The notes: generated by a model not told the origin, from the letters alone. Shown: positions 24,843 through 38,119, numbered from the whole stretch's first letter. The stretch is 63,318 bases of DNA, filler included, from Rhabdomonas costata (GCA_019059605.1; 50 parts of 50 records of this genome joined end to end with filler, not necessarily neighbours in it), one strand, 5' to 3'. A program made the numbers and translations.

Positions 24843-25280
24843 CTACACTCCATCAATCTCTTTTCCAACCACATAGGAAAATACCTTGGCCCACCGCGGC
24901 CTTGGTCGAAGATTTCCTGTGGATCCTAAACACAATCTCCCACTCCACCTCTGGCATCTGATCGTCAGCTCTTTCGGCAAAGGATACCAGTGGGCTTCAA
25001 ACCACTCTGGTGTCACCAAAAGCAGCCGAGATTGTTCTCGACAGACCTTTGCCAAAACATGTGGAATGAGGCTCCAGGGAGGGTTGGCGTACAGACACAC
25101 ATCTGGGCTCCATCTGTAGGCAAACGCATTGCAGCCCATCGCATCCCCATCCCTCTCGTAAACTGTAAAATACCGCGGCAGCTGATGGGGCTCTGCCGAC
25201 GCAAACAAATCGATACAAGGAGCCACTAACAAATCGTAGTACATTGCTATGAATATCGTAGTTTCTAACCCCACCCCCAC
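24843..25280 (-). mobile_element. DIRS-type tyrosine-recombinase retrotransposon, pol C-terminal N6-adenine methyltransferase-like domain
   Basis: IDLFAS...LPRYFT...NAFAYRW...LYANPPWSLIPHVLAKV...LLLVTPEW...WYP is the motif series of the DIRS1 MT domain. Confidence 0.85.
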
Positions 25281-26060
25281 NNNNNNNNNNNNNNNNNNNN
25301 NNNNNNNNNNNNNNNNNNNNNNNNTTAATTAATTAANNNNNNNNNNNNNNNNNNNNNNNNNNNNNNNNNNNNNNNNNNNNGTTGGGGGGGTTCTTTTCTG
25401 ATGGGAAGAGCCAGAGCCCCGCCCTGAATCCCGCTGAAAAGGACGTTTTGGTGTGGAGGTCTAGATGCCTGGGATCCTAATGGGTTCTTAAGCGTGAGGA
25501 CGTCGCGCTTGGTTTTCCGTCTCAGAGGAGTTAGACGGTGCCCCGCTCGAGGTGATGTAATACGAATATCTTTGGCTCAGAGAGTGAACTCGACAGTACT
25601 GCACCTTTTTTGTTTCAGGAGCACTGCGTCGCTTACATCTCTCAAGCGGAGTGGCCGAAAGAGCATCCTGGCGAAAAGCTAGACGGTGACAACCTTAAGC
25701 ATGTGCAGTGGGTTACTGAGCGCGCGCAGGTCGGTGCTCTGGGGATGTTTCCATGATATTTCTTTTTTTTGGGTGGGTTTTTTGAGGCACATCTCGATGC
25801 CTCCATTTACTGCCGACTCCATTGTGGATCCCGGAAATGCGAGGCATTGACTTCTGCCCAAACCTTAGGTTTGCGGTTCCCTTCCACTGCGGGACATCTC
25901 ACCACGACCCTCCGTTTGTGAAAGGGTACTCAGCAGCTTCGATTTCTGTATAGTCGGGTGTTGTGGTTGCCATTTGGTTTAGGTGACTGGATTTTCTTCT
26001 TTTGACCTAGGGACAGTGGTGTCTGTTGTTTGCGTTTGTATGTTTGTTCGATGGAACACT

Positions 26061-26099
26061 GTATAAGTTTGTATAAGTTTGCATAAGTTTGTATATGTT
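26061..26099 (+). repeat. 10-bp tandem repeat (GTATAAGTTT) x~4
   Basis: Seen directly, with 1-nt variants. Confidence 0.85.
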
Positions 26100-27069
26100 G
26101 TGCGTGAAAGAAAAAGACGAAGGAGAAGGGGAAAACGGGAAAGGGGGCGCCGCACGCACACGCGCGGCACGGCACACGGCAACGCCTGTAGATACCGGTG
26201 CTGCCCTTGCACTCATCCGAATGAAAAGGTCCCAGGGTCGTTCTCGCGAGAAAAGGCCCCAGCCCCCCAAGGAAGGAGTGTGGAGTCGCAGAGACCTGAG
26301 CAGCAATGGAGCAATGCAAGTAGCCGCTGGAAAAGAGCAGCTGCGCGACAATGGCCCAGGGACCCGTGAGGCAGAAGGGAGGTTACCAGATGTGGAACGT
26401 TCGGCAGTGAACCGGTTCCGGTTCCGTTCCCCACGGCACCGTTCGCTCCAACGGCACCTCTCGCGAGCACCCGTGGCCAACAGCGCGTGCGCCCGTCAGT
26501 CCACAATATGCCCAACACACACGCAAACACACACACACACACACACACACANNNNNNNNNNNNNNNNNNNNNNNNNNNNNNNNNNNNNNNNNNNNTTAAT
26601 TAATTAANNNNNNNNNNNNNNNNNNNNNNNNNNNNNNNNNNNNNNNNNNNNGGGGTGGGTGCAAAGCCGACATAATATATACATGATCTCATTATTCGTT
26701 TCAAACAGCGATTGAAGAAATGTTAGTAAAAATGGTTCACAGGTATAGTTAAGCTTAAATCCACCTGTCGTATTCGATCCAGAGAAATATTACTGTAGCT
26801 GTGTAGAGTGTGACATTGTGTACTGTTTCGCTAACATTTTTACTGGTAAAAATGACAGGTTTGTTTACATAGAAGGATCAACAACATATACACATTATTT
26901 CAGTCAGGGGTTGTAACCCCAAAGATGCATTTGCATACAACCAAACAGTTCTTTCTCTTATCACTGTTTTGGGGGTTCTACCACGTGGGCCTATCTAGCT
27001 TCTTCAGCCTTCAACCGACCTCCAGAACCTCACCAATCGTCGGGGGCCTCATCGAAAGTGGGGGATAGG

Positions 27070-27330
27070 ACCACTTACTTCGGCCCAAAACCTCGCCCTA
27101 TTCGCTGGGTGACATCCGCCATGGTCACTCCCGGACCGGACCAGAGAGCGCCCGGGGTGCATTATTCGGACCTCTGCAGGCCTGCATAACGAGCCTAAGG
27201 GTAGAGCCCAGGAGCACTTCATGCTGGCACCCGAGCGGGCCGGAACCCTTCGGTTTGGAGCCACGCTAGAGGCCATTCAAGGGCCATTTTGGGGTGTTTT
27301 TAAGCCCTTTTGCCTTTTTTGCCTTTACAC
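27070..27330 (+). repeat. Dispersed repeat family A, copy 1
   Basis: Collinear blocks (ACCT.TGCA.GCCTGCATA..GAGCCTAAG, GG.AGAGCC, AGAGGCCATT..AGGGC.ATTT) are shared with the reverse complement of 28775-29055. Confidence 0.7.
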
Positions 27331-27699
27331 GCGCTTGGAAGGACTTTTTGCATTGGCTTAACATCGGGCTTTGGTTTTGAAAGAGAAAGAACTGTAGGCT
27401 GGCGCACCGTCCGCCCACCTGCAGGCCGGTGTGCAAGCAACGATTTTTTATGCTTGTGACCCGTGTAATGCGATTTGATGCAAATTCAAAGACGGATCAT
27501 CACTAAGAATTAAATCCCTCCTTCATGCGGGCAGACTTTTCTCACTTCTAATTCTCACTTCTTCTGGCGCCACAACATTCAATATCATTCCAGGACAATA
27601 CAGACAGCTGAAAGCTAGGGCACAATCACAGCAGCGTACCCATCTGTAGACCCGCCCCCCAATTACAAAAAAACCGACACATCGGGGGAAGGGGCATGC

Positions 27700-27820
27700 C
27701 CTGGGTGTCGTTGCCCCAGGTGAACTCCCCGTGGATCGTCGTGGGGCCGACCTCGCCGACCTGCAGGCTGACCGTGCGCTGCGTCGTGACCTCCGCGGCG
27801 CACCAGTTGCCCCACCAACC
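27700..27820 (-). CDS. Probable exon of an unknown protein (GC donor)
   Basis: High-GC3 frame WWGNWCAAEVTTQRTVSLQVGEVGPTTIHGEFTWGNDTQ ends at CAGG|GCATGC, followed by T-rich intron-like sequence. Confidence 0.45.
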
Positions 27821-27920
27821 NNNNNNNNNNNNNNNNNNNNNNNNNNNNNNNNNNNNNNNNNNNNTTAATTAATTAANNNNNNNNNNNNNNNNNNNNNNNN
27901 NNNNNNNNNNNNNNNNNNNN

Positions 27921-28368
27921 CAAAGCACCATTTCCGGGACCACTGTCCTGGCCGACCTCAAGGCGACCACTCTTGACTGAGCCATCCGAGTCAGCACCTA
28001 CGCACACCGCGCCACACTTCTCTATGCGATCAGCTAAGCAGGCAACCTCACGAACCCAAACCATTCGGTGGGAAAAAGGCGGAATCCGAAAAGCTTGTCC
28101 AACTCGCTTGTTTCCAAAAATGTACTGTTCAAACAGCTTTTCAACTTTTCAGCTCCGCGATTCTCGGGACGGTAGGGGAGTGATCGCCAAAAACCGTTCC
28201 TATGGGTGGTTGTGGGACCATCTGTGGACGACGCATCGACGAATCACCCCATACCGGGGATGCAGCACTCCTCAGAAGTGCAGACCCCAGCGCGGCAGAA
28301 GATCGAAGAGGAATTGGAGCGGACCAAGTGGTTCTTAGGGCATGAAGCGAACTTGGCGCAGGTCAGGG
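27921..28368 (-). CDS. Cysteine-rich repeat protein; exons 28368-28255 and 28033-<27921
   Basis: A phase 1-1 exon LTCAKFASCPKNHLVRSNSSSIFCRAGVCTSEECCIP has a GTATGG donor, and the next exon is in matching phase. Confidence 0.65.
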
Positions 28369-28774
28369 CTATAGCCCCACCGAAAGAGGCCACCATAAAA
28401 ACGAAAGAACCCATTTCAGGGCATGTGAATATCCTAACACTGCTTGATTTCACCAAAGATCAAAATGTGCGCTTTGCCAAAACACCCCCACCCTCATCGC
28501 ACCCCTGCGGGCTGCACGCCCATCTGGATTCATGCGGAGGGCGGATCCAGTTTGATTTGGATTTTCGGCGGATAAACAAAGACCACACTCCTGCCTCTGA
28601 AATTCTGAACTCCAGAACCCAAACATACACAAGAGCTGAACAGCTTTATCGCACTGGGGAAGCACACAAATGCCAAACACTCACCCCCATTACGTGCACG
28701 ATGTATTGCTCTGGTGGAAGTCTTTCTGTCCCTAACTAACATTCATCGTTTCGCCAGGCCAGCTAGAACGATAA

Positions 28775-29055
28775 ACGCCCCACAAAAGGTCCGAAAAAGC
28801 CCCAACAAGACCCTGAAATCGCCCTAAAATGGCCTCTTGGCCCATTTCCTGCCTGCTTGATTCAGGTTGATTGGGTCAGATTGACTTGGCTCTGCCCTTA
28901 GCCAAGCAGCACCGGCCGAAAGCTTAGGCTCAGTATGCAGGCATGCAAAGGTGCTGATTCAACACTTAATATAAGGTCCTAAATGAACCTTTCGGGATGC
29001 CACCACTGGGCGCAAGAATGCAGCCAAAGGCCGGAAAGCTGAGTAAAGTCAATTC
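28775..29055 (-). repeat. Dispersed repeat family A, copy 2
   Basis: Homologous to 27070-27330. Also shares AAAGCTGAGTAAA with 46386-46398. Confidence 0.7.
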
Positions 29056-32000
29056 AGCTGAAAAAGAAGAATTCAACCCCCACCNNNNNNNNNNNNNNNN
29101 NNNNNNNNNNNNNNNNNNNNNNNNNNNNTTAATTAATTAANNNNNNNNNNNNNNNNNNNNNNNNNNNNNNNNNNNNNNNNNNNNGGGGTTGGGTCTAGAA
29201 CCACGTTTCCCTTATCAATTCTTCTTTTGCTGTAGCTCTTGCTGGCATTCATGATTCACTTTCGTCATGAATGCCAGCAAGAGCTACAGCAAAAGAAGAA
29301 TTGATAAGGGAAACGTGGTTCTAGACTCAAGCCCCATTCCTGCTTTTTCATTGCACGAGTTGTCACAGCGAGCTGCTGCAGCCAGCAAGGGCTTTCTGGA
29401 TCGATGGGATGGTGCGAAGTGTCGAAAATAATACAACACGTCGCACAGGTGCTCGACTCATCCCGTACAATGAATTTAAAAGAACAGCACTTCGCCTCCT
29501 CCCCAAACCACAATACTTGCAATTTTGCTCTTTTGCTCACGCTGAGAGAACGGGACGATGACAGCAAGGTGGAGGTTGGTCAGTTGCTGCGGAAGTCACA
29601 GCAGCGCTACAGCAGCAACAATACACAGCACTGTCAAGCACGGAAAGTGTACAGCAGGTAACACGGGCATGCGGCAAGGGGGCAAGGCCACTTTCAGGGT
29701 TGCAGCGAGAAGGCACACACAGTGAGCCTTCAATGAGGCAGCACAGTCGCAGTCGCATTCATTCGGTCTACCACTGGCGTAAAAAGCCAAGGGCGACGCG
29801 ACTAAATGTTCAACGGATCAGAAGTCAAACTCGTCGTCTGCGCTGGATGACGCACCCTAGGAAGAAACGCGCGGTCACAGTTAGGCTGAAGAATCACAAC
29901 GCAGCACAACCGGCATACAGCTGTCCAATAGTCAAACGAACAAAAATGCCATGTCACACAGTCAACCCGTCAATAAAGCGAAAAACACTTGACCTAACAT
30001 GACCACAGCACACCGATGGACTTTGAATCGAGGTGCCCGTGCCCTGGACGGCGATAGACTTAGTGATCATTGAGTGGTCGTCCCGTAGCAGTTCCTTATA
30101 ACTCTGGTCGAACACATCCTCGATCTTGTACTCGTCCTGCTGTGGAGGCTTGGGGGCGTCTTGCATCATTCGCCTCTCAATCTCCTCAACGTTGGAGTCT
30201 ATTGAACGAAAGTGCTTCGCAGGGGCGGCGGGATCCTGAAGAAGACCTTCAAAGGCAAAACCGGACGTGAAAGAAGGTACCAAACAACATAGGGAGGGGA
30301 GGATTCGGAGTAGAACTCGCTTTGCGCCCTTTGCAGGCGCCACACCCCACCACNNNNNNNNNNNNNNNNNNNNNNNNNNNNNNNNNNNNNNNNNNNNTTA
30401 ATTAATTAANNNNNNNNNNNNNNNNNNNNNNNNNNNNNNNNNNNNNNNNNNNNTGTGTGTGTTGGGGTCGTGCCTTCAATCGGACCAAATATATGTTTGG
30501 GAGTTGGTAGTGGACGAAAACGCGTTTTTGCTCCAAGCATATAATCACTCATTTCTTTGTCACGTCGCTTTTTATTTTTTGCGTGGGTTTGTTCACTTTT
30601 CGGATTTCGGTCTCAGGTTGGCATTTTTGTGCGTAGAGGTAGCTGGGCTTATCTGGGTACGTATCATCGGGCCTTTTGTGTCACGGGTGGGGATTTTCGG
30701 GTGGGTGTTTAGGTTTCGGGTTTAGTGTGCGGTTTCTGTCTTCAAGGGTTCTGGATGTCAAATGGTGAAAGGCATGAACCCCACTTGTCTCCGCTCCCTC
30801 TGGTCGCTCCGTCCGGGCGTAGCCATGCTTGAACCCCTCAATTATGGTAGCGGTAAGGCGCGATGGCCCCAGGTATGCCGAGCAGTTGGGTATCGGCATC
30901 TCCCCTCAGTTTGAGTTCTGGCGGCGTCGGGGTTCCATCTTACCACGGCAGAACCAACACCGAGGCGACTTCCGACTTGCAAACTCAAACCCCACATAAC
31001 CAGACAACAGACCAACACCCACCACCAGACACAACCTTCGAAACGAAACCAGCGACCGAACACCACACCCCAACCGACCCAATCCAACGCACTTTCAAAC
31101 GGACCATGCCGTCCCTCGACACCAATACCTATTCCAGCGCGCCCCTATCCAAACCAATCAAACCACTAGTCATACTCCAAAGATATTGCGGGAACACCAA
31201 CTCCTACATCTAGAGGTGGTGATGCCTCTGGATGCTTTTCGCCTGTGACTATCCTGACCTTTATATGTATCCTTGCCCAGACTTACCTTGGTGACTTGGC
31301 TGCCCTTCTTCCCCTCGAGCGTCGCCTTTATGAAATGAGGGGTGGAGCCAACTACTTGCCTTCACCAAGCAGGTTTGGAATCTGGAAACCTTTTGGGGCA
31401 AAGCTTCTGCAAATGAAGGGTGTGTGTGATGCTCTGGACACAGGTGGAGTCGAATTGTCGGGCCTTAGAGCTCACACCTTCTGGGTTTTTGGAGGGGTTC
31501 CGCTGGGCGGGTCTCCCGCTTATGCCTTTACCGATCTCCACACAAAGCAAAGGATATGGAAGGGGCACACGACTGCACACACCCTGTCCTGTGTAACTCT
31601 GCAGCGTTCCCACCCAACACGCNNNNNNNNNNNNNNNNNNNNNNNNNNNNNNNNNNNNNNNNNNNNTTAATTAATTAANNNNNNNNNNNNNNNNNNNNNN
31701 NNNNNNNNNNNNNNNNNNNNNNCCGCAGCCTAAGACCGGGAAAAACGCGGATATTTGCATCGTCCTCTAACACCCAGTCTTCGGGTCGCGGGAGACATGC
31801 GTGTTTGGGTGAAACACAGTTGACCCCGTCGACAATCAGCCACGAACAAAGTCTCAGTGTGTGTGTGTGTGCGTGTGTGTGTGCGGCAAGTGTGTGTGGC
31901 AAGGCACGAAGGGATGCCCGGGCAAGCGGAGAGTGGAGGGAAGTGAGGTCCAGATGGAAGCAGCAGAGTAAGGTAACCATGCCCGTCCACCAGGAAAGCG

Positions 32001-32066
32001 ATCTAAGCCCGGAGTGGGATGGAGGCGCCAAACCAAGAAGGGCAATAGCGCCCAAAGCGAAGTGTA

Positions 32067-32278
32067 CGAGCGCGGAAGGTCGGGTACCCACAAAGAGATC
32101 TCTAAACGCGCCAATCGGGGTTCCCAAGGCCCCGCGTACAGTGTGGATCGAGGGTCACATGGGTTAGGCCAACCGTATGTGACAAGACAGCGGGACAATG
32201 TACCATGGGCCGACAAGGTGTGAGGCCCGATGGCCCATGCCCCATCGAAAGGTGGCAGCCCAGGGGGGAAGTGGACCT
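32067..32278 (+). repeat. Dispersed repeat family B, copy 1
   Basis: Shares the ordered blocks CGAGCGCGGA, CTAAACGCGCCA and GTGAGGCC.GATGG(G)CCCA.GCCCCATCGA with 42028-42212. Confidence 0.75.
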
Positions 32279-34272
32279 CGAGTCCTCCCCAGAAAAAATT
32301 CATCCTTGCCAAGTGCACCAAGTGTATGTGAGAGAGAGTGTGTGTGTTTGTTTGTGTGCATGCGTAAAACCCCCCTTGTTCTACTTTCTGTCCATTTGTA
32401 CAACGGCTGCAGGGATCCTAGTCAAGCACCCAATTGTGAAGGAGTGTGTGTCCTTTGTGGTGAACTGTCAACCTGAACGTTTGTGTGTGTGTATGTGTGC
32501 GTCAACGACGTGTCAGGGAGTCAGCCAGTTCATGTGCTACCACTGTTCCGCGCGATGGAAGGCGCAGTGCTCACGGAAGGAGGTCCCCGACTTCCCCAAG
32601 CGCCGCACCATGAAGCACCTCGCCCCTGCGAGAGAAATGCCCCCTGGTTTCGGGGAAAACTAACCCCATGCATCTCCCCACCGGCAATCGGGGGTGGTGG
32701 CTGTGTTTTTGATGTGGGACATGGTGACCTCCTGCCCAATGCTTTGCAACCCGACAGGCAGGGGCAGCCTTTTTTCTCTTGGCGGCCGTCCTTGGCCCTC
32801 GTCCTCATTTCCTCAGTGCTTTTTTCTTCTCACTTTTCACTTTCCCTCCTAAAATGGCAAGTTTTAGGCCGGACCTGGATGTTCTNNNNNNNNNNNNNNN
32901 NNNNNNNNNNNNNNNNNNNNNNNNNNNNNTTAATTAATTAANNNNNNNNNNNNNNNNNNNNNNNNNNNNNNNNNNNNNNNNNNNNCGATGCCCTCACCTC
33001 TTTCTTTCGGTTGTTATTTCTCCGCTATACATATGGTGTGGACCCACCCCATGGTGGCGCGTGGCAAAATATGTTCCCCTGAATACAGGCCCATGAAATA
33101 ATGATGTTGCATTGTTCCGAGTGTGGACGCGCGTTTCTGTTGCGTTGGGGTGGGAGGGCAGGAGTTGGTCGGGCGGTGCTGCTGACCAGCGAGTGCAAGG
33201 CAGCGCTGTGCGCCGCAAAAGGCTGTCCCTACTGGGCCGTCGCAGGTTTGTGGGGCCCCTGCAGAGGAAGGAGGATCTTCCCTAGCTCTCTCACGACAAA
33301 CGTCGTCCACACGTTGGATCGTTGGACCGCATCGCAAGACTTTGTTTGTGTTCTGGTCTGCGTCCGAGAGTGCAGGGAGCTGCTTTGTGTGAAAAAGTGG
33401 AATTTCATCGTTGAATAGTTCCTCGTTTCTAAATTCAAGCGAAGCCTTGGACTCACTCGTGTCTTTCTTCACGTATGCATACGCTGTGGTACGTTTCGCC
33501 ATCATTTAGATGTGCTGAAGGTCAACCACGGTGGGCTGAACTGTGCGGTGCTGGGTTTGGTGCGGTCGACCGTGGAGGCTTCTTCGCCCCCTGCAGCCTC
33601 AGCACCACCGCCATAGCAGAACTCCAACGAGCGCAGTACTGGCTCGTGAAGGGGTTTTGAGAAACAGATGTGTCTTACTCGTCTTACTCAAATCGTCGAT
33701 CGGTTGACCCTGGTGGCTATCATCTCGTGCGGGGTTTTGTTCATAAAGCCCTTGCTGCGACGGGCTGGAGTGGAGGCACCACGGGGCGTATGAACCGCGA
33801 ACGTCCGGAACAACCTATGATCCCCTCTCTGTGGACAATGGACGGGAAAGACTCCTTCCGGATCAAGGCGTGTGGAAGGCTCTGCGGTTGCGAATAGGAT
33901 CCATAGCCCCACCACTTGTGCCATGGTGCGATGATACAACACTCACTGCAAAGCGTTTGCCAATTTATCTTTGGAGAGGGAGTTTAGGGGGGTGAGCTCT
34001 GACCTTTTGTAATAAAGTAGTGGTAATAAAGTAGTATCTTCTGCTCACATCAAAAAACTCGGAGGTATCTTTTGCTCGGCCATTTTTGACCAATCAAACC
34101 TGGAAAGCTCGTGATGCACCCCCTCCCCTTCACCCTGACCTGCAAACCACACAANNNNNNNNNNNNNNNNNNNNNNNNNNNNNNNNNNNNNNNNNNNNTT
34201 AATTAATTAANNNNNNNNNNNNNNNNNNNNNNNNNNNNNNNNNNNNNNNNNNNNGGTTGGTGTTTTAGAGCG

Positions 34273-35412
34273 TTGCTCTTTCCGTTATATGAGATTAATC
34301 TTTCTATTATTCGTACCAGTCTTGCACTTTGCTGCGTGAAGATGGCCGCGGTCGTCACAGAACGTGTCTACGGAGGGTTACACCAGTTTCTCAGTGTCAC
34401 CGGAAATCCTTTTCTGAAAGTTTTGGAGGAGGGTCTTTCTCACGCGCCTACTTGTCCCAGCTTAATGCCGGCGTCTCATCACGTCTCACCACCTGACGAG
34501 GAACAAATATTACTGCGCCTTTCCGAGATTCAATTAGAAGTTCAAGCTGGGCTGCGGGCCCTTCAGGGGCGGATGGACGCAATGCGGAAGGTGCTGGAGA
34601 ATTCTGTGCCAAGGTTTCTGGAAACTGAGACACGGCGTCTCCTGTCCGAGGCCTGGATCAGCCATCCTCTGCTGGAATTGAATGAGTAACCCTGTTATAA
34701 ACCCGAGGAAAATGGTTTCAAACGGCGTCCAAGCTACACAACGGCCGTTTTTGATCCTCCCGAATCAAGTGCAAGTGCTCGCTGCAAAGTAACAGCTCGG
34801 TGCGAAGACAACAGTCTGCAATGCATTGCCACCACAGGCCAAACCTCACCTGTGCCATCAACTGTGAAGAACAAAGCGCAGGAGACCGACCTGGATGACT
34901 GTAAGCAGATCCTGCAAACCAGACCGCAACCAGTGCATTCTTTCAACGAATGGGGTGGCGAGCAAACCCACAGCCCTTCCCTCGAAACCTCTTCCAAAAG
35001 CTCGGCTGGAATAACGTCCCTCTGTCCGTTTCTGGGGCACACGCAGTCATCCTCTCTGGAGCCATTAGTAGAGCAGATGGCATCGTCAAATTTTCAATCG
35101 CGAGTGTCTGAACGGTCAGCGACAGATTCCAACGCAGCGAGGGAATCTGTTCTGTCCATTCAAGCATCAGGCACAGAAGTCACGCCAGGATTGTGCTCTG
35201 ATCCTTGCCCACTTGGCGGCTTGATGCCAGGGAAGGCACACAGGGAAATTAACTCTGGAATGGTAGTACCTCAGAGCTTTTATGCCATGAGTGGCGCTCC
35301 CCCCTCAGCTGCTGTATTAGTTAGAGCGCAGTCTGCACCCAAGCTGCCAATTGAGGATTCCAGCAGGCACACACAAAGTCATTTCTTTAGCGCGTTGACT
35401 ATGCCGCTTTGA
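34273..35412 (+). pseudogene. ~380-codon frame interrupted by one TAA (34687-34689); product unknown
   Basis: ORFs 34273-34689 and 34852-35412 are in the same frame and the interval between them is open. Confidence 0.45.
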
Positions 35413-37137
35413 AATTGATTATGNNNNNNNNNNNNNNNNNNNNNNNNNNNNNNNNNNNNNNNNNNNNTTAATTAATTAANNNNNNNNNNNNNNNNNNNNN
35501 NNNNNNNNNNNNNNNNNNNNNNNGGGGGTGGGTGGTGTCAGGACATACGCCACGAAAAAAGGAAATCGCAAGAGGTTAGATGGCAGCGCCCATTTCAGTG
35601 GAATTGAAATGCAGTACGTTTGGTGCAACTCGAGGAGGGGGTTGCTTACTGCAAAATGTTAGGCAAAGTGGAAGCCATTTGCATAGTCAACGTCCGATTG
35701 AGAATTCAAATTCATGGGTGAAGAAAGAAAACCCGCATAAAAGGTACGCGTGAGCAAGGACAGCACGCGCGTTACAGCCGAAGTAATGAGAATCGGACCG
35801 TCCACTACAGAACAGAAATAAAGGGCCTTCAGCCTTCAGCCTTTCCTTGAACTTTTGGTTCGAGTCAAGACAGGAAAAAAAAAGCTGAAAGAGAAACATA
35901 CAGAAGGGGACCGGCGCTCGTCCATCACCCGATGCTGGGCATCGGAGGGCATGTCGTACATCCCCACGGAATGGGGACACACTTAGAGTTGACCGAAGGG
36001 AAGGGAAAGGGGAGAGAAGGTGGGAAGGGCGAAAGAGTCTCAAAGGCTTGCAGAGTAGAAGTTTGGAGGAGAGAGAAAAATATAAAAGAGAGAAACAGAG
36101 CTCCACACACACAGAGAAAACACCCCAAAGACGGGCAATAACAGAGAAGAGATTTGAGCCCTGCGAGAAGCCCATCACGAAACGCACGACTTTGGCGTTT
36201 GGGTGCAGGAAGGGGCAACCTTTTGGAGTCTTGTACAGTTCTTGTGTGGGGACCGGGGGACAGAAACCGACCACATCTGACACTTTTCTACATTGCTGCT
36301 GCAGGATTGCTTCGCTGATGACGTTGCTTTTTTGGTCTTTCTTCTCGCCTCGCGTGCGCGTTTCACAGTGCTTGTTTGGGCAAGGCGTGGAGGGATTTCA
36401 TGAGGGGAAAGTATTTCTGATGTGTGCGTCTGATATGGCCTCTTAGCCCAGAGCAACACAGAATGGGTCAGAAAACGCCACGCCTCGCTCAAAGCCAGTT
36501 GCTCGGCAACTCTAGACACAGCAAGGGTAACAATTAGGTCACAACTGCCTTATCCTGGAAACTGTATCGGGGTTTCTTTACAACAACTCCTATTCTTCTT
36601 CATTTCTTTTGATGTAACAACGTGTGCACAGCAGTACTTGAAGCGTAACCACAAAACAAATGAAGAAGAATAGGAGTTGTTGTAAAGAAACCNNNNNNNN
36701 NNNNNNNNNNNNNNNNNNNNNNNNNNNNNNNNNNNNTTAATTAATTAANNNNNNNNNNNNNNNNNNNNNNNNNNNNNNNNNNNNNNNNNNNNGGGGGTTT
36801 GGCGCTTTGCATGCTACCTGCCGCAGACTTATTTTTGCCCCCGCTTCTCAAAGCCCTCGTCAGAATTCTCGACTGGATAGAAATGTTGAGTTGACAAATG
36901 CACTCTTACTAACAACTAATGTTTGGGTGGCCTTTTTTGTGGAGTGAGTTTGCGGTGAAAGGATGTTACCCAAACGCAAAGTAGTAACTGTGTTGCCGTT
37001 TCTATTTGCAGCCTTTTCTTTGATTCCATTTGAAACCAAAGGGGCCAAGGGGCACAACCGGCCGAGGGTGAAAGGTCGGGAATCTCCTGACCCCAAGGAC
37101 CGGCCACGCAGCGTTTCGGGAGGCCTGCTGGATATAC

Positions 37138-37169
37138 AAAAGACCCCAGGCTTGCTTCGGCTTAGCCCT
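37138..37169 (+). repeat. Dispersed hairpin element C (AAAGACCCCAGGCYTGCTTCGGCTTAGCCCT)
   Basis: Near-identical copy at 54585-54616; variants at 56879-56909 (+) and 54250-54273 (-). Confidence 0.8.
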
Positions 37170-38119
37170 ATTCCTGAAACCTAAAAAATATTTAAACAAA
37201 TACGTATAAACATTTCTGAAAGCAATACCCGCCCACACTGAGGTCATGGGGGCGACAAATTTGGTCAACTGAGCGGATCCTTGGCTGAGCCAGATGTCCC
37301 AAAACTCCCTGCACACTCATCTCCCCAGGAGAACACAAAAAGTCCGAAAAAAAAATGCAGGGAGCTGTACATGCAACGTTGTTGTTTCAGACGATGAGTG
37401 AGTTCGACAGAGTAGCTGAGCAACCGTTGCAAAGGAGGAGAACGCTGGGATACCGTCCAACGCTGGCTAAGTTCGTGGACAACCCAACGTGCCCAACCTG
37501 TCCGCCACACTTGCGCAGCCAGCTCCACTCCCCTATGACTTTTTGGAGTGGATCTCCTCCTGCTGCTGCTGGAACGCAAGGTAGCGCTTCTTGAAAAGGG
37601 TTTCCGCCTCCCCGGCGGCCTTCTCTGAACCGGCCTTACGCTCCTGCAGCAAAAAAAATTATAAGCGCCCACTTGTCCGGGCAGGCGGCAGAAGCTTCAA
37701 GCTTCAAGCTTGCCCCCGCCCCCCCGAAAAACTTCTACTATCATATTTAGAGTTTTTTATATTTTAGGGTGGCTGAAACTGTTGCGAAGAATTGGAATGT
37801 TAAAGGGTCCCAAAAAAAGGAAATGTTGTCACAGCAGCCATCATGAGTCGATGACAGATGAGACGAATATCAGAGGCGAAACGTTCGCTGCTTGGTCAAA
37901 AAGCTTCCCCATTGCAGGACGGCTGAATAAAAAGTCCCCCCCAACCCAAACACACCAACACNNNNNNNNNNNNNNNNNNNNNNNNNNNNNNNNNNNNNNN
38001 NNNNNTTAATTAATTAANNNNNNNNNNNNNNNNNNNNNNNNNNNNNNNNNNNNNNNNNNNNCTTGAACAAGGAGATGCCGCGGAGCCTGTGTGTTTGGTC
38101 CTGTGTTTGCTTTACCTTC

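Noticed and set aside
32140-32167. WIEGHMG as an RNase H motif
   Set aside because: It is immediately followed by a stop, has no other RNase H residues, and lies within non-coding repeat family B.
34687-34689. Stop-codon reassignment
   Set aside because: The 389-codon dynein frame and all conserved exons contain no in-frame stops.
36155-36290. GFSQG hydrolase motif in the minus-strand ORF 35687-36283
   Set aside because: The surrounding sequence lacks hydrolase context, so it may be a chance match.
37150-37162. U6 snRNA 5' stem (GCTTGCTTCGGC)
   Set aside because: It is not followed by the ACAGAGAAGATTAGC core.
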